Origin: Mobula hypostoma
Lineage: Eukaryota
Assembly (NCBI RefSeq): GCF_963921235.1
Contig: NC_086108.1
Span: forward strand, 45,820,001-45,884,000
Length of the DNA stretch: 64,000 nucleotides
Direction: 5' to 3'
In this document: one piece after another, positions 25,094 to 36,950 of the stretch
Layout: every line of letters begins with the position of its first letter
How positions within the stretch are numbered: position 1 is the first letter of the stretch
Translations under genes and position numbers: made by a program
The notes under the pieces: generated by a model
Told to the model about the DNA's origin: nothing
Seen by the model: the letters and a program-made list of their open reading frames with translations, nothing else
Database searches by the model: none

Positions 25094-27449
25094 CTCCCTG
25101 CCCGGCACCCATAGGATGTCAAACTTGACTACTGAAACGAAAGTCCAATGATCATTTCATTACGTCTTTGGCAAAAGAAGGATAGTCTTGGAGACTTGTC
25201 TTGAAAACATCTTACTACGCCATCTTAAACCCTTCTCTCTTCGAAAATACCGGCTTTGATGACATTCCTTGTGGGGATAAGCAAGAAGTGCTGGGCTAGT
25301 TCTCCATGAGGAGACTCTGAGGTGATTAGCTTGGAATCCTCTTGAGGCATGATCAGCCAGGCTGAGATCAGTAGGAAAGTATACCCATTGGCTTTTCTGG
25401 GTTGATAAACTGATACGTCGGATTCTATTATGCACTTAAACATAGGATCTCCTTTTTTCATAATATGTAACTGAGCACAACCTTGCTGCCGGTAAAGAAC
25501 TTGATATCATCTAGTTCTGTGTCCAGCTCTTCAGCTGTCGTCTCTGCTGTCTCGGTTGTTAGAATATCAACAGTGAGATCAAGCCTTGCTATGGTGAGAG
25601 TGATTTGTGAGCAAGCTTTGCCTTCCCCGGGATGAGTCCACCTTCACCATATCCAGCAGTGTCTGTGACCGTCTGGTATGCAAAAGCAACAAAATAACTT
25701 TAGTTGACACATCACAGAAGGTGCAGTTCCTCTTTTCTTTTGATCTGCAGTAGTGGAATTGCAGTGGAATCTTCAAAGCTTCAAGATCCCGAAGGGAAGA
25801 ACACCACTACTGCCACTGCTCATGTTTCTCTTTAGCGAATGGGACGTTACATCCACGAGCATCCGAGATCAACTGTTTTGGTCAACTCCCTTAACGTGAA
25901 GTGTCCCTGGATATTGATTGGAGCAGCAAATCCACAAGGGTCACATCAGCTGTTGCTAGCCACGCTGTGTAAAGGGTCTTTCAGTATCAGCAACATAGAA
26001 AGTAATGGTGTCAGTAATGAGGTACCATCCAAGGCCAGAATGTGCTGCATAGGAGGCAAGTCCTATCCAAGGGCAAGATTCTGTAGACCCCTTTTGTCCA
26101 GATCTTCAGATAGGAAATGTTGCATGACTTAAGCACTGTTGGATGCGATCTTATGCAGTCTGAGATTATTCTGACTGCTTCTTCTGCTTCAGAAAACGAT
26201 TGAAGACCATCACCCATGTGGAAGTACATTTCTACATACCTCTGTTCTTCAGTTCTGATTTTCCATCTTGCCCTCTTAAGGCAGTGATGCCACAGCTGGG
26301 CCAGTTACCCAATAAATGAACTCTCCTGTGATACTCTAGAATCTCGACGTCCAGTTGGTGGTCATGAAACACAAGAATCTGAGGTAGTCTCGGTGATCCT
26401 CTCTCACTAGGAAGCTGTGGAACATTTGTTCAATGTCTGTTATTACTGCGACGGACTCCGTTGTGAAGCACGAGGACCCCGAGGAGAAGGTTATTGAGTT
26501 CTGGACCCTGCAAGAGCACATTGCTCTGTGATATGACTTTGAACCGCACAATTGAATCAAAGACAATTTGTATTCGTGCAGGTTTCTGGGAGTGGTAAAC
26601 ACTGAAGTTGGGCAACTAGTTTTCTTTGTTGAAATCTGGTGGAGGTGCTAACTCAGCGTGATTGTTTCTGAAGAGTCTCTCCGTGAACTCTGCATAATGA
26701 TCTTTCATTTCTGGTTTCCTTCTCAATGTGACTGAGGGACATGAGTCAACTGAGAGCCTGCTCTCTGTTGTCTGGTAGGAACTGTCTTGGAGAGCGGAAA
26801 GGAAGGGAAGCTACCCAGCTGTTTGACTCGTTTTTGCTAATCTTTTTGTTCATGATTCAAAGGAAGACCTCATCTTCAATGGAAGGTGTCAGTTTATAAT
26901 CATTTTTTGAGTGACAAAAGACCAGCTTGTCTAAATCTGATTGAGCAGAGGGCAGAGGAAAGCACGTCAGAACATTTGGTTTGCTTATCTAGAATCTTCT
27001 CTTTCATACAGATTCTACTCACAGGGTCTGAAATGACTTGGGCACCCATTCTCCAGAATTAGTTTCAAATGTGCTGGCAGTAGGCTGATGCGCACCACTG
27101 AGGCAGACTTCACCCACCGTGACCCAACCCAGGCCCAGTAGTTGGTCATAGGGTGCATTGTGCCAACCATTACAATGTTCACATACTTTATGTCCATAGA
27201 TGGTGTCCCTACCAAGCAACAGGAGAATCTCAGCAGAAGAGTCAAGAGAGGGATCTTGTCAGCTATATCCTGCAGCTTCAGGGGTTGGGATATCATCTCT
27301 GTTGTTGAGAATATGGCCGCACTAAATGAGGGTTGGCAAGGGTAAGCCGACCTCCCCTCCTATTGACATCACAATAAATCCATTGGCTCTTCTGGCAACT
27401 TCTGATGTTCCAGAACATGTATTTAGAGTGTATGGGGAAATGACTTTTG

Positions 27450-29470
27450 AATTCTCCTTACTTCATCCCCACCTACCTGGCTTCACCAATCACCTTCTAG
27501 CATGTCGTCCTCATTCTCCTCCTCCCCACAATCTTTTTTTTTAATTTTATTTTTATTTGGATAAGGAATTCACAATTATCACGTACTTTTTTCACACATA
27601 TAACCTTTTCCATTTTTTTATATGTATAAAACTACAATTATTTATACATTCTTAAGTACACATTGAGATGATATAAAAGGAAAATAAACATTTAAATAGA
27701 TAATTATGTACTGTGGTAAATCTAACCTATTAGGCTAAGTAATGAAATTAGTTGTTAAGAAAAATGGTAATAATAGTTTCCATACAACCCTTCTGAACCA
27801 TTTCCACTGGTCCAAAATGTTGCATACAAGCCTATATACCAACCATTGTAGGTGTTTATATCCCAATTTGTTCGTGCTTGTTCCTGCCCGCAGACATAAT
27901 TATCCAATCCCTATGTACTTATTTACTTAATTTTTTCATTTTTTTTATCCCTTTCCCAAATCTTTCCCTTTACTTGTGTTAATTCTCTATTTTCCAAAAA
28001 AAAACAAACATTTAGACTAGGGGTGCTTACGTTAGCAATATTACTGTGTTGATGAGAAGAGCAATATAAATCATTAGGAGAGTCATCTAAAGTCTGCTCG
28101 CATTGGGGTTATATATTCAATCCATTTATTCCAGATTTGATAAAATGTTTCTTTTTGAGTTCTCAGGGAGTAAGTCAACTTTTCCATTTTAAATATTTCC
28201 AAGATAATTTCGTACCAATCTTCTAATGTAGGTGGTATTGGATTTAGCCATTTTCTAGTGATTGATTTCTTACTTGCCACTAAGAGGGCCTGCAGCAACT
28301 TTATATCTTCCTTCTGTTCAAGGAACAATACATGCCCCAAATAGAGCGTCTCAAAGTTCAGAGGTATCTGGGACCTAAGTACCTTAACTAATGTTCTATG
28401 AATACCTTCCCAAAATAGACTTAATTTAGGGCAATCCCAGAAAATATGAAAATGATTTGCCTCCTTGGAACCGCACCTTCTCCAACACATCACATTTGTA
28501 TCTTTATATTTTTCCTGATATGGGGTCTTGAAGTATCTTATAATGTTTTTCCAACAATGTTCTCTCCAAGTCAAAGAATTAGTCGAGGACCATTGAAAGC
28601 TGCAGATTTTCCCCCAAGCCTCCTCTGAAAGTACCAACCCTGCTTCTTTCTCCCACTTCTCTTTAATATACAGTGTATTTACATTTTTAGCATGGGAGAT
28701 TGCATTATATAGGCGAGAAACTGATTTACTAGGTATTGAACTGCAAGCCGAATTCAGAATCTTGAAAAATTCTAATTCTACTGTTGATAGGTCTGTATAT
28801 CTACAACTCTGGTTAGCATAGTTTCGTATTTGAAGGTACCTAAAAAAGTCATTAGGTTCTAGGCCATGTTTGTCCTGCAGGATTTGGAAACTTTGTAGTA
28901 CTCTTTTATCTATAAATGAGAGGTAGGTTGTAAGACCTTTCTTTATCCATAGCTCAAATCTTTTATCTCCTCTGTTGGGAAGGAATTTGGTATCATATGC
29001 ACACCATCTAAAGAGTTTTAACATGTTATTAATTCCACATGAATTAACCACCTTCTGCCATACTTTTAATGTAAGATTTATCCAAGCATTATTAAATTTT
29101 TCCAACTGGGCCATCAATCCTTTGTCAGCTATTGAGGCCTGAAGAGGAAAACTGTCAACTAATCCAAATTCTATTTCCTTCCATCTAGCCTTATATTCCC
29201 TATTACACCAATATAACAGAGGGGTTATCTGTGAGGCATAAAAATAATTTCTCAGGCAAGGAAGAACCATACCTCCTCCTTCCTTCCCTAACTGTAAGGT
29301 GTTATATCGAATTCTAGGTTTCCTTCCTTGCCACCTCCCCACAATCTTATTCTGGCATCTCCTCCCTTCCTTCCCCATCCTGATGAAGGGTCTCGGCCTG
29401 AACCGTCAACCTTTTTGTTTCATTTCCACAGTTGCTGCCTGACCTCCTGAGTTCCTCTGTGTGTTTTTCC
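27450..29470 (+). mobile_element. Penelope-like 3' tail inserted in the BEL element and split by the L1
   Basis: CCACCTACCTGGCTTCACC at ~27470 and CTGATGAAGGGTCTCGGCCTGAACCGTC..GCTGCCTGACCTCCTGAGTTCCTC at 29380-29460. Confidence 0.75.
27536..29333 (-). mobile_element. Young 5'-truncated L1-clade LINE (ORF2 C-terminal part, 3'UTR, poly-A)
   Basis: Uninterrupted frame 28083-29333: WQGRKPRI..GGGMVLP.., C-terminal CWRRCG..HIFWDC zinc knuckle; poly-T at 27534-27542; perfect 15-bp TSD CCTCCCCACAATCTT at 27521-27535 and 29334-29348. Confidence 0.92.
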
Positions 29471-31185
29471 CTTGAATACTGGATGTGTCAAAGAATGTTA
29501 ATTTTTTTTTTGCCAATGACACATTGCTCTAATCATTCAATATCTCATGTACCTTCAGTCTTTTGCTCAGGATATCCCTTCTGGTAGATGTTGGCTAAAC
29601 ACTTTAGAACAGGGTTTGCCTTGGAACCCTTTCCCGCATACCTCCCATGCATGAGGAAGTAGCTAAGAAGATAGGTGCTCAGCTGGTTTCCCGCCATGCT
29701 CTGCTGGACCCAGTCGCAGCCCTGAGTGCTGCCCCTGAATGAAGTGCTAGTCACTGTTACACTCGGTGTGGTGTGTGACAGTTTTTTTACTTCAGTTTTG
29801 TTGACCACGATAAGTGTTTTGGTTTTCCATGCTTTTGCTGGGACCTGTCTTTGAGGTGTTGCTGGAAGCTGAGAGCACAAAACTGGAGTCATTTTTCATT
29901 TTTATGTGGTGGCAGATGAATTCCACGAAGAATGAAAATGGCAGATAGTTGGCCTGATGCTTCATTTTATACTTTAAACCTTCAGTTCTGCACTGTTCTG
30001 CGATATTGTTTGGTAGTTTCTGCACTGCAGAGTCTATTCCTGTTGCAGTGTCTAAGACACTCTGTCCAGTTAGGTAACCCTTGATTTCTGTGGCTTGCAG
30101 TTCTGACAACTGATCTGTGAGCTCCTGTAGCTTCTGCGGTTCTTTGTGTGAGCTTTGGAAATTATCAAGCCTTTTGGAGAGAGACTCTTTGATTGCCTCT
30201 GGGGAATCACAGCACCTGTCCAGCCTCTGCCACAGCATTTGTAAACTCATGACTGGATGACTAAGTGCACTGCTCGAACCCTTCTTGCACATTGCAGTGA
30301 CTCCCCATCAAGCCACTTGCGGAAAAGGTGTAGCTGCTCACCATGTATGAGACTTGCTCCTTAAACACCATTGCGAAAGCTTTAGTTCCAAAACAGATAA
30401 CTGGCAGATTGTGGAACACTTTTAGTCCAGCTGTGAATAGGTCTTGATGAGCCAGATACCAAGCCAAATCTAATGCATGGTGGCTCCTGAATGAGAGCAT
30501 TGTGGAGACTGGTTTGCCAAATAGGTGTCCTGGGATAGATGGAAGCTTAGTCTGTCCATGTTCTTACAGATGAGATTGACTGAGTGGATCTGCCGAAGCG
30601 GGTGTTGTGGGACTTAGCTGCTGTAGACCTTGATAGTCAATACCTGGACTACGTGAAAGGCACATTGGCTGTGTGATGTGGGCACCCTCTCCTTTTAGAG
30701 CTGGTGCACTGTCTTATTGATGGCCAAAATGTGTTTGGACATATTCTTTAGATGTATTGGTTGCTGTGATGGCAAAACATGACTGATTCCAGTTATAGAC
30801 TCACCGCTATCTAAGTCAGCTGCTACTTCGTACACCTTTCCCTCCGCTGAGGCAGCCTCAACTTCACACTCTCCTTTGAGCACATTTAATGCACCCTCTA
30901 CACGTGCTCTCTCGATGACCTTTCTTCATTTGTATTTCAATCTAGCATAAGCCACTCTTATTTTAGCCACTTCTTCAGCTCTGCCACAGGCTGATGTTGC
31001 AGCTGTGCTAATAGTGGATTTGTTCGAGCATCGCGAAGAGGCGATAAATGTGCCACATTCTATGGTTGCTTCTATGTCTTGATGATCACCGTTGCTCGGG
31101 TGGGAAGCTGACACTGTAGTGTATGGCATTCAACCGTGTCTCCAGTCCGCGGGCGATGCCTTTTGAAGATATGCTGTCTTTTCAC

Positions 31186-31465
31186 TCTACTGCCTTCATA
31201 GTGTGTATGTACAAAGCTAGGCAGAGAGTTAAACACCTTCTCAAAAATCACCCAAGATGGGCGCTTTCTTCAGGGTTTTAATGAGATCTTACTTGTGAAG
31301 AGGTATTGCTGTTTCAAGGGCAAATAAAGATGGGATGGAAATGGATGTCTTTCCACTGCGTTCTTCAAATTGGATCAAAAATTAACCCTCGCAGGATATG
31401 ATATCTTCTTGGGTACAGGAAGTGATGCTCATATAAAATGAGCTACTCCTCTCGAGGCCAGAACA
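31186..31465 (-). repeat. 5' LTR of the BEL/Pao element
   Basis: TCTACTGCC...GGCCAGAACA; internal region begins GTGAAAAGAC on the minus strand. Confidence 0.85.
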
Positions 31466-33246
31466 CTAAGTGTTTGGTTTTGTTCCATGGTTTAGCTACT
31501 AATGCTCTTCACTATGGTGCACAAACTTGCCCAAGTTTTGCTTAGGACATTAGCTCTGAAATCACTAGTTGTGTGTTCTTACTGATTTGGTTCTTGGGTC
31601 ACTTGATGTTTTTTTTAGCAGACAATATAGCTGGTGTAAGAATGAAAATGGTTGGCATTAGTTACCAATGTCAGTTGCATGTCAGTTGTGTTTGGTACAT
31701 GCAATTTGAAGTGCTGATCTGGACTCTGTTATTGTTTCATTTATTGGCTCAAGTGTATTGAAAGAAAACTTGCCAATAGTACTGAGGAAAATTAATCTTA
31801 AAGTTTGGGAGAAAATATTAACTTTTAATCTGGTGCAGAGTAATTTAATATCGTAATTGGTATATTAATAAGAGTAAAACAGTGACCCTGCAACTAGGCA
31901 ATTATAGCATTCTCTGCTTTTAGTTTTTCTAATCTTAGGATAGGCTTCTAACTAGTTCAAATATTTCATTTGGAGAATACGGATCATTTTTAGAATCAAG
32001 CCTTTTTAATTAAAGCAGAAATATTGCACACTATGCCAATATTAATTCTAGAAAAAAAACAAAGATTCTATCTGATGATTCCAATTAATGTTCTTGCCCA
32101 TGTACATCCACCCTGGCATACTTATTCAGTCAGGTCACGCAAAATCTTGACTCCCTCTTCCTTAGAAGTATTTTTCAAACTCTAATCTCATTCACCAAGT
32201 TCTACTTCCGCACTGATAACCAAAATTTTTCTTTGTTGTGGAAACTCCTCTCTCTCTCACCTCTCCCCCACCCCCCCCCCCACAATCTGCCTCCACCCCA
32301 AATCTTATTTAAATTTCATGGGTGTTATCTGTAAAAGATTTAAAATATTTCTCCAGGAGCACCTTGCCATTCTCAAACCTTCGAACAATGTGTTCAAAAT
32401 ATCTGTCACTTGTTTCCTGATCTCATTAAGTTCTACTAGCTAACTCAATATGCAGCAGAGCAAAATTCTAATCCTAATCCTTCCTTCGTACCACTGATAT
32501 ATGCATTTCATTATAGCTTGTGTCTCCTCTAATACTCTTTTTGTTCTGGCTTCTGGGCATTCTTTCCTTTCATCATGTCAGAACATTACTGTTCCTTTCC
32601 TGAATCCAGCTGAGCTCTTTGCTCAGCTTATAAAACTTTCCTAGTACTAGTGCTTTCAAAAAACTTTCCTAGCATATCCATCATGGGTTGACATTTATTT
32701 TGGTTGTGCAAAGTTCCATTTTCTGTACGAAAGTCAGTCCCTGCATGAAATTGCTAATTTGGTATGACTGATTAAGTGCATTTATTCATTATTTTTGACT
32801 TTGGGTTTAAAAATGTGCAGCTTCTTAGATAATTGTAAGATAATTTGATCTGTTGGGCACTTGGCAGGGGCCATTTTGAAAAAGAAGCAAGGTGTAAACA
32901 GAGTGGCTGTTGTGGGAGCGGCTATTCTGTGAGTGGACAATGCTTAAGTGGCTCAGCAGGCTTGGGCAAGCACAGACAGAGTTTCCAAGTAAATTTTTCT
33001 GTTGATGCATAGCTAGTATGCTGATAATGGGTCCAGAGTTAGTGGAATGTTTCTTGTGTGATATGTGGGAACTTTGGGAGACAACCAGTTTCCCTGATAC
33101 CTACATCTGCATGAACTGCACTGAACTGCAGCTGGATGACCTTTGGCTTGTACAGGCAAGTGAGAAAATAATAGGAGCCACAGGGCAGTGGTCATCCCTA
33201 AGTTGCAGGAGGCAGGTACCTGGGTGAGTGTCAGGAAAAGGGGATA

Positions 33247-34687
33247 CAAGTACTCCCCGCTATCCAAAAGTAGAGCCTTCCTATGAAACCTTTCGTAAGC
33301 CAAAATGGTGTAAAGCGAAGAAGCAATTACCATTAATTTATATGAGAAAAATTTTTGAGCATTCCCAACCCAAAAAATAACCTACCAAATCATGTCAAAT
33401 AACACAAAAAACCTAAAATAACACTAACATATAGTAAAAGATTCAAGATTCAAAGATTCAAAAAACTTTATTGTCATTCTAACCATACATCAGCTCTGCA
33501 GGGCAGAATGAGACAGCGTTTCTCAGGGGCAGTGCAATCATAACATAACAAACGCAACACTAAATAATAAACATAACAATAAATAGTAAAACACAACAGC
33601 CACATGTCAGTTAAAATCAGTTATTAGTGTCCAGTGCAAGTTAAGAGTGTCCAGAGTCAGGTAGAGCAGCTGTTTAGCAGTCTGACTGCCTGTGGGAGGA
33701 AGCTGTTTAGTAGCCTTGTGGTTTTAGTTTTGATGCTCCTGTAACGTTTGCCTGATGGCAGAAGAACAAACAGTTCACGGAGAGGGTGTGAGGGGTCTTT
33801 AATGATGTACCGTGTCTTCTGGAGGCATCGACTCTGAAAGAGGTCTTGGACAGAATGATATGATATATACACAGCCTACATAAAGTAGAAATAATGTACG
33901 TACAGTGTAGTTTCACTCACCAGAATTGGGAAGACAGCGAGCACACTGGAAGGTTGAGAGGTGGTGGTGGTGGTGTGTTAGGCTGAGTCGTCGGAAGTTG
34001 CGGTGGTGGGTGGTACAGGAGACTGGGGTGTAGGAGAGAGGGGAAGAGGGTCATCTATTAACATCTCATCGTCATCTGAATCCATCAGGGCAGGCAGGTC
34101 ACTAACGTCTACACCTTCTATGTCTGCCTGCCTCGATGTCGAGGGTTGAGGTTTGTCGTCTGCTGTGGCCAATGTGGAAGGCTTGAAATACGACAGTATG
34201 CTTGACTGCTTAGCTTCACGCATTTTTCTATCATACAGTTCTTTGTAAGCACTCAAAACATCCTGCAAACTGGCCCTAAACCGACGTGCCCTTTCAAAAT
34301 TAAAATCGTACTTTTCTGCAATCATTACAGCACTGTCAATCGTAGCAAAAATCTCACGCTTAATTATGTCCAGTTTTACGCTGAGCTCTTAGGCTTTTCT
34401 GATACCTTAGGACACATCTTGCTAACGGATGCACAAAGTAAGTGGAGATGAAGCACAGGTGCTCACAGACACAGTTCGCAGCTATGGCCGCTTGATGCTT
34501 GGTGGCACCACTCTCGCTGCTCGGAGTGCCTCTATAACGGCTCGCTGCAAAACAAACGCTGTACGCTATTTTCGCAAAAGCGAAAGTCCTCTTCGGATTT
34601 CTTTCAGTTAGCGAAAACAGGTACTAATGTAGGTCTTTCGCAAAAGCGAAGTGGCATAAAGCGCACTTTCGAAAAGCGGGGGACTCC
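33247..34687 (-). mobile_element. Non-autonomous Tigger/pogo DNA transposon (copy 1)
   Basis: TA-CAAGTACTCCCCGCT left end, TTCGAAAAGCGGGGGAC right end; transposase C-terminal remnant YDFNFERARRF..LSAYKELY..KQSSILSYFKP; homologous to 39733-41272. Confidence 0.8.
33440..33855 (-). mobile_element. Rex1-type LINE 3' end nested in the Tigger
   Basis: IIKDPSHP..LFVLLPSGKRYRSIKTKTTRLLNSFLPQAVRLLN; (TTGAATC)-type tail; near-identical to 46462-46875. Confidence 0.85.
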
Positions 34688-36410
34688 ACTGACCATTCTC
34701 CTCAATAAGTATACCTTTCGGATACCGTTGGTGGGGAACAACCTAGGGGGAAGTTGCAGTGACCTGATCTCTGTGGCTCAGAAGGGAAAGGGGGAGAAAG
34801 AGAGTGCAATCGTGATAGGGGATTCCATAATTAAGAGAGCAGACAGCAGATTCTGTGGATGTGAAAGTGTCACCTGGGTGGTACGTTGCCTCCTAGGTGC
34901 CAGGGTCAAGGATACCTCTGATTGGATCTACAGCATTCTAGAGTGGGAGGGTGAACAGCCGGGAGTTGTGGCACATATTTGCATCAATGACAAAGGTAGC
35001 AAAAGGGAGGCGGTCCTGAAGGGAATATAGGGAGTTGGGTAGAAGGCTGAAAAGTATTTCCTCCAGGGTGATAATCTTGTTTGCTGCCTGTGCCACGTGC
35101 AAATGAGAGTAAGAATAGGATGATTTGGCAGATGCACGTGTGGCTTAAGAATTCATGCAGGATTTCAGTTTGATGGGTAATTGGGATTTCTGGGGAAGGT
35201 ATGACCTGTACAAAAATGATGGGTTACACCCAAACCTGGTGGGTGGGGGGGAACCAATATTTTTGTGAGCACTTTTGCTAAAGCTGTTGGGAGGATTTAA
35301 ACTAATTTGGCAGAGGTATGGGAACCAGAGTGATAGGGCTGAGGACGGGGCAGTTTGTATACAGCTAGATGCAGTGTGTGGTGAGACGGAGGGACAACAG
35401 GCAGATGGTGGGTCAAAATTGCCCTCAGTGGGATGAGTTAAAGTGTAATGGCAAAATCAAAAAGGGTGCTGAATACATCACTGAATGTGTTGTATTCCAG
35501 TCAATGCAGTATATGGAATGAGACAGATGACCTTGTGTGCAGTTAGAGATTGGCCGGTATGATGTGGGCATCACTGAGTTGTGGCTGAAAGAAGATCATA
35601 GTTGGGAGCTTAACGTTCAAGGATACGCACTGTATCAAAAAGGTTGGCAGAGGTGTGGGGTGGCTCTGTTGATTTTTAAAAAAAGAAATCAAATTGTTAG
35701 AAAGGTGACATAGAAGCAGAATACGTAGAATCCTTGTAGGTAGAGTTAAGAAACTACAAGGGTAAAAAGACCCTGATGGCAAGTTGCATACAGGCCTCCA
35801 AACAGTAGCCAGGATGTGGGCTACAAATTACAATGGAAGATAGAAAAGGCATGTAAAAAGGGCTATGTTGTGATAGAGATGGTGGATTCCAATATGCTGG
35901 TATATGGGGGGTTGGGGGGGGGTGTGTCAGGATGGTGTTGGATCCTAATAGAGAAAATTTGTAGAAGCCTACAAGCTGGCATTTTAGAGCAGTACATGGT
36001 TGAGCCCACTAGGGAATGGCAGTTCTAGGAGCTTAAGGAAAAGGCACCCTTAAGAGAGAAATGATCATAATATGATAGAATTCACCTTGCAGTTTCAGAG
36101 GCAGAGCTAAATTCAAATGTATCAGTTGAATAAGGATAACTGCAGAAGCATGAGAGAGGAGCTGGCCTAACTAGATTTGAAGAGGACACTAGCAGGGACG
36201 ATGGCAGTAACAATGGCTGGAATTTCTTGGAGCCATTCGGAAGGTGCAGGAAAGATACATCCCAAAGATGAAGAAGTATTCTAAAGGAAGGATGAGGTAA
36301 CTGTGGCTGACAAGTGAAGTCAAAGACAGCGTAAAAGCAAGAGAGGGGGCATTTAATATAGCAAAAATTAATGAGAAAGCAGAGGAGTGGGAAGCTTTTA
36401 AAAACCAACT

Positions 36411-36950
36411 TGTAGCTATAACTACTGATGAGACCCGAAGCCAAGAGATAGGACAAAGCCGGAACTCGAAAGCCTCCTTTATTCAGTAAAACCATGCAAA
36501 TACAAATCTCAAACTGAATTGTACATCCCAAAGCATGACTATCTACATCAACCAAACCAACCACCAGTGCCAACACATGCAAACAACATCGCAACAAGAA
36601 AGTGACAGCCTACAACCACTAAGGGCTGAGCGCCAATGTAAGCTGGGTGTTCCAATTCAGATCAACCCTCAATTCAAGTCCTACAGTTAAACATCTTCAA
36701 GAGGAACAGGTTACAGCGAGCCAGAACAACCAATGCTTATTAGTCAACTGACAGCCAATTCCAGACTGACTTTCACTAATTGATCATTGTTCTAATCAAT
36801 ATTTTAAATATTCTTTGGGTAAATCATTTAAATAACTATTTAAATCATTTATTCAAAGAACATTCAAGATGTTAATTGGAACAATGATCAATTAGTAAAA
36901 TTCAGCCTGGAATTGGTTGTCATTGATCAATGGGCATTGATTGCTTCAAC
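36411..36950 (-). mobile_element. LTR-like insertion containing a long palindrome
   Basis: Interrupts the CR1; minus strand ends AATAAA...TATAGCTACA like an LTR R/U5; TSD not resolved. Confidence 0.45.

Larger units (their letters stand above)
24846..31465 (-). mobile_element. Decayed BEL/Pao LTR retrotransposon (both LTRs present, integrase region deleted)
   Basis: Two homologous LTRs; near-TSD CTAAA/CTAAG; PPT GGCAGGGAG next to 3' LTR; RT motifs IVFDS..VLLQGPELNNLLLGVL, DIEQMFHSFLVREDHRDYLRFL; NRIRRI..QW..PTD..ADHASRG; gag remnants at 29792-30500. Confidence 0.9.

Noticed and set aside
28083..29378. 431-aa ORF as a host gene
   Set aside because: It is a truncated L1 ORF2; the first ~15 codons including the start come from flanking sequence beyond the insertion junction.
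36415..36475. Possible hammerhead CTGATGAG...CTCGAAAGC
   Set aside because: Core words are present, but stems I and III have only 2-3 plausible pairs with an impossible loop; probably chance.
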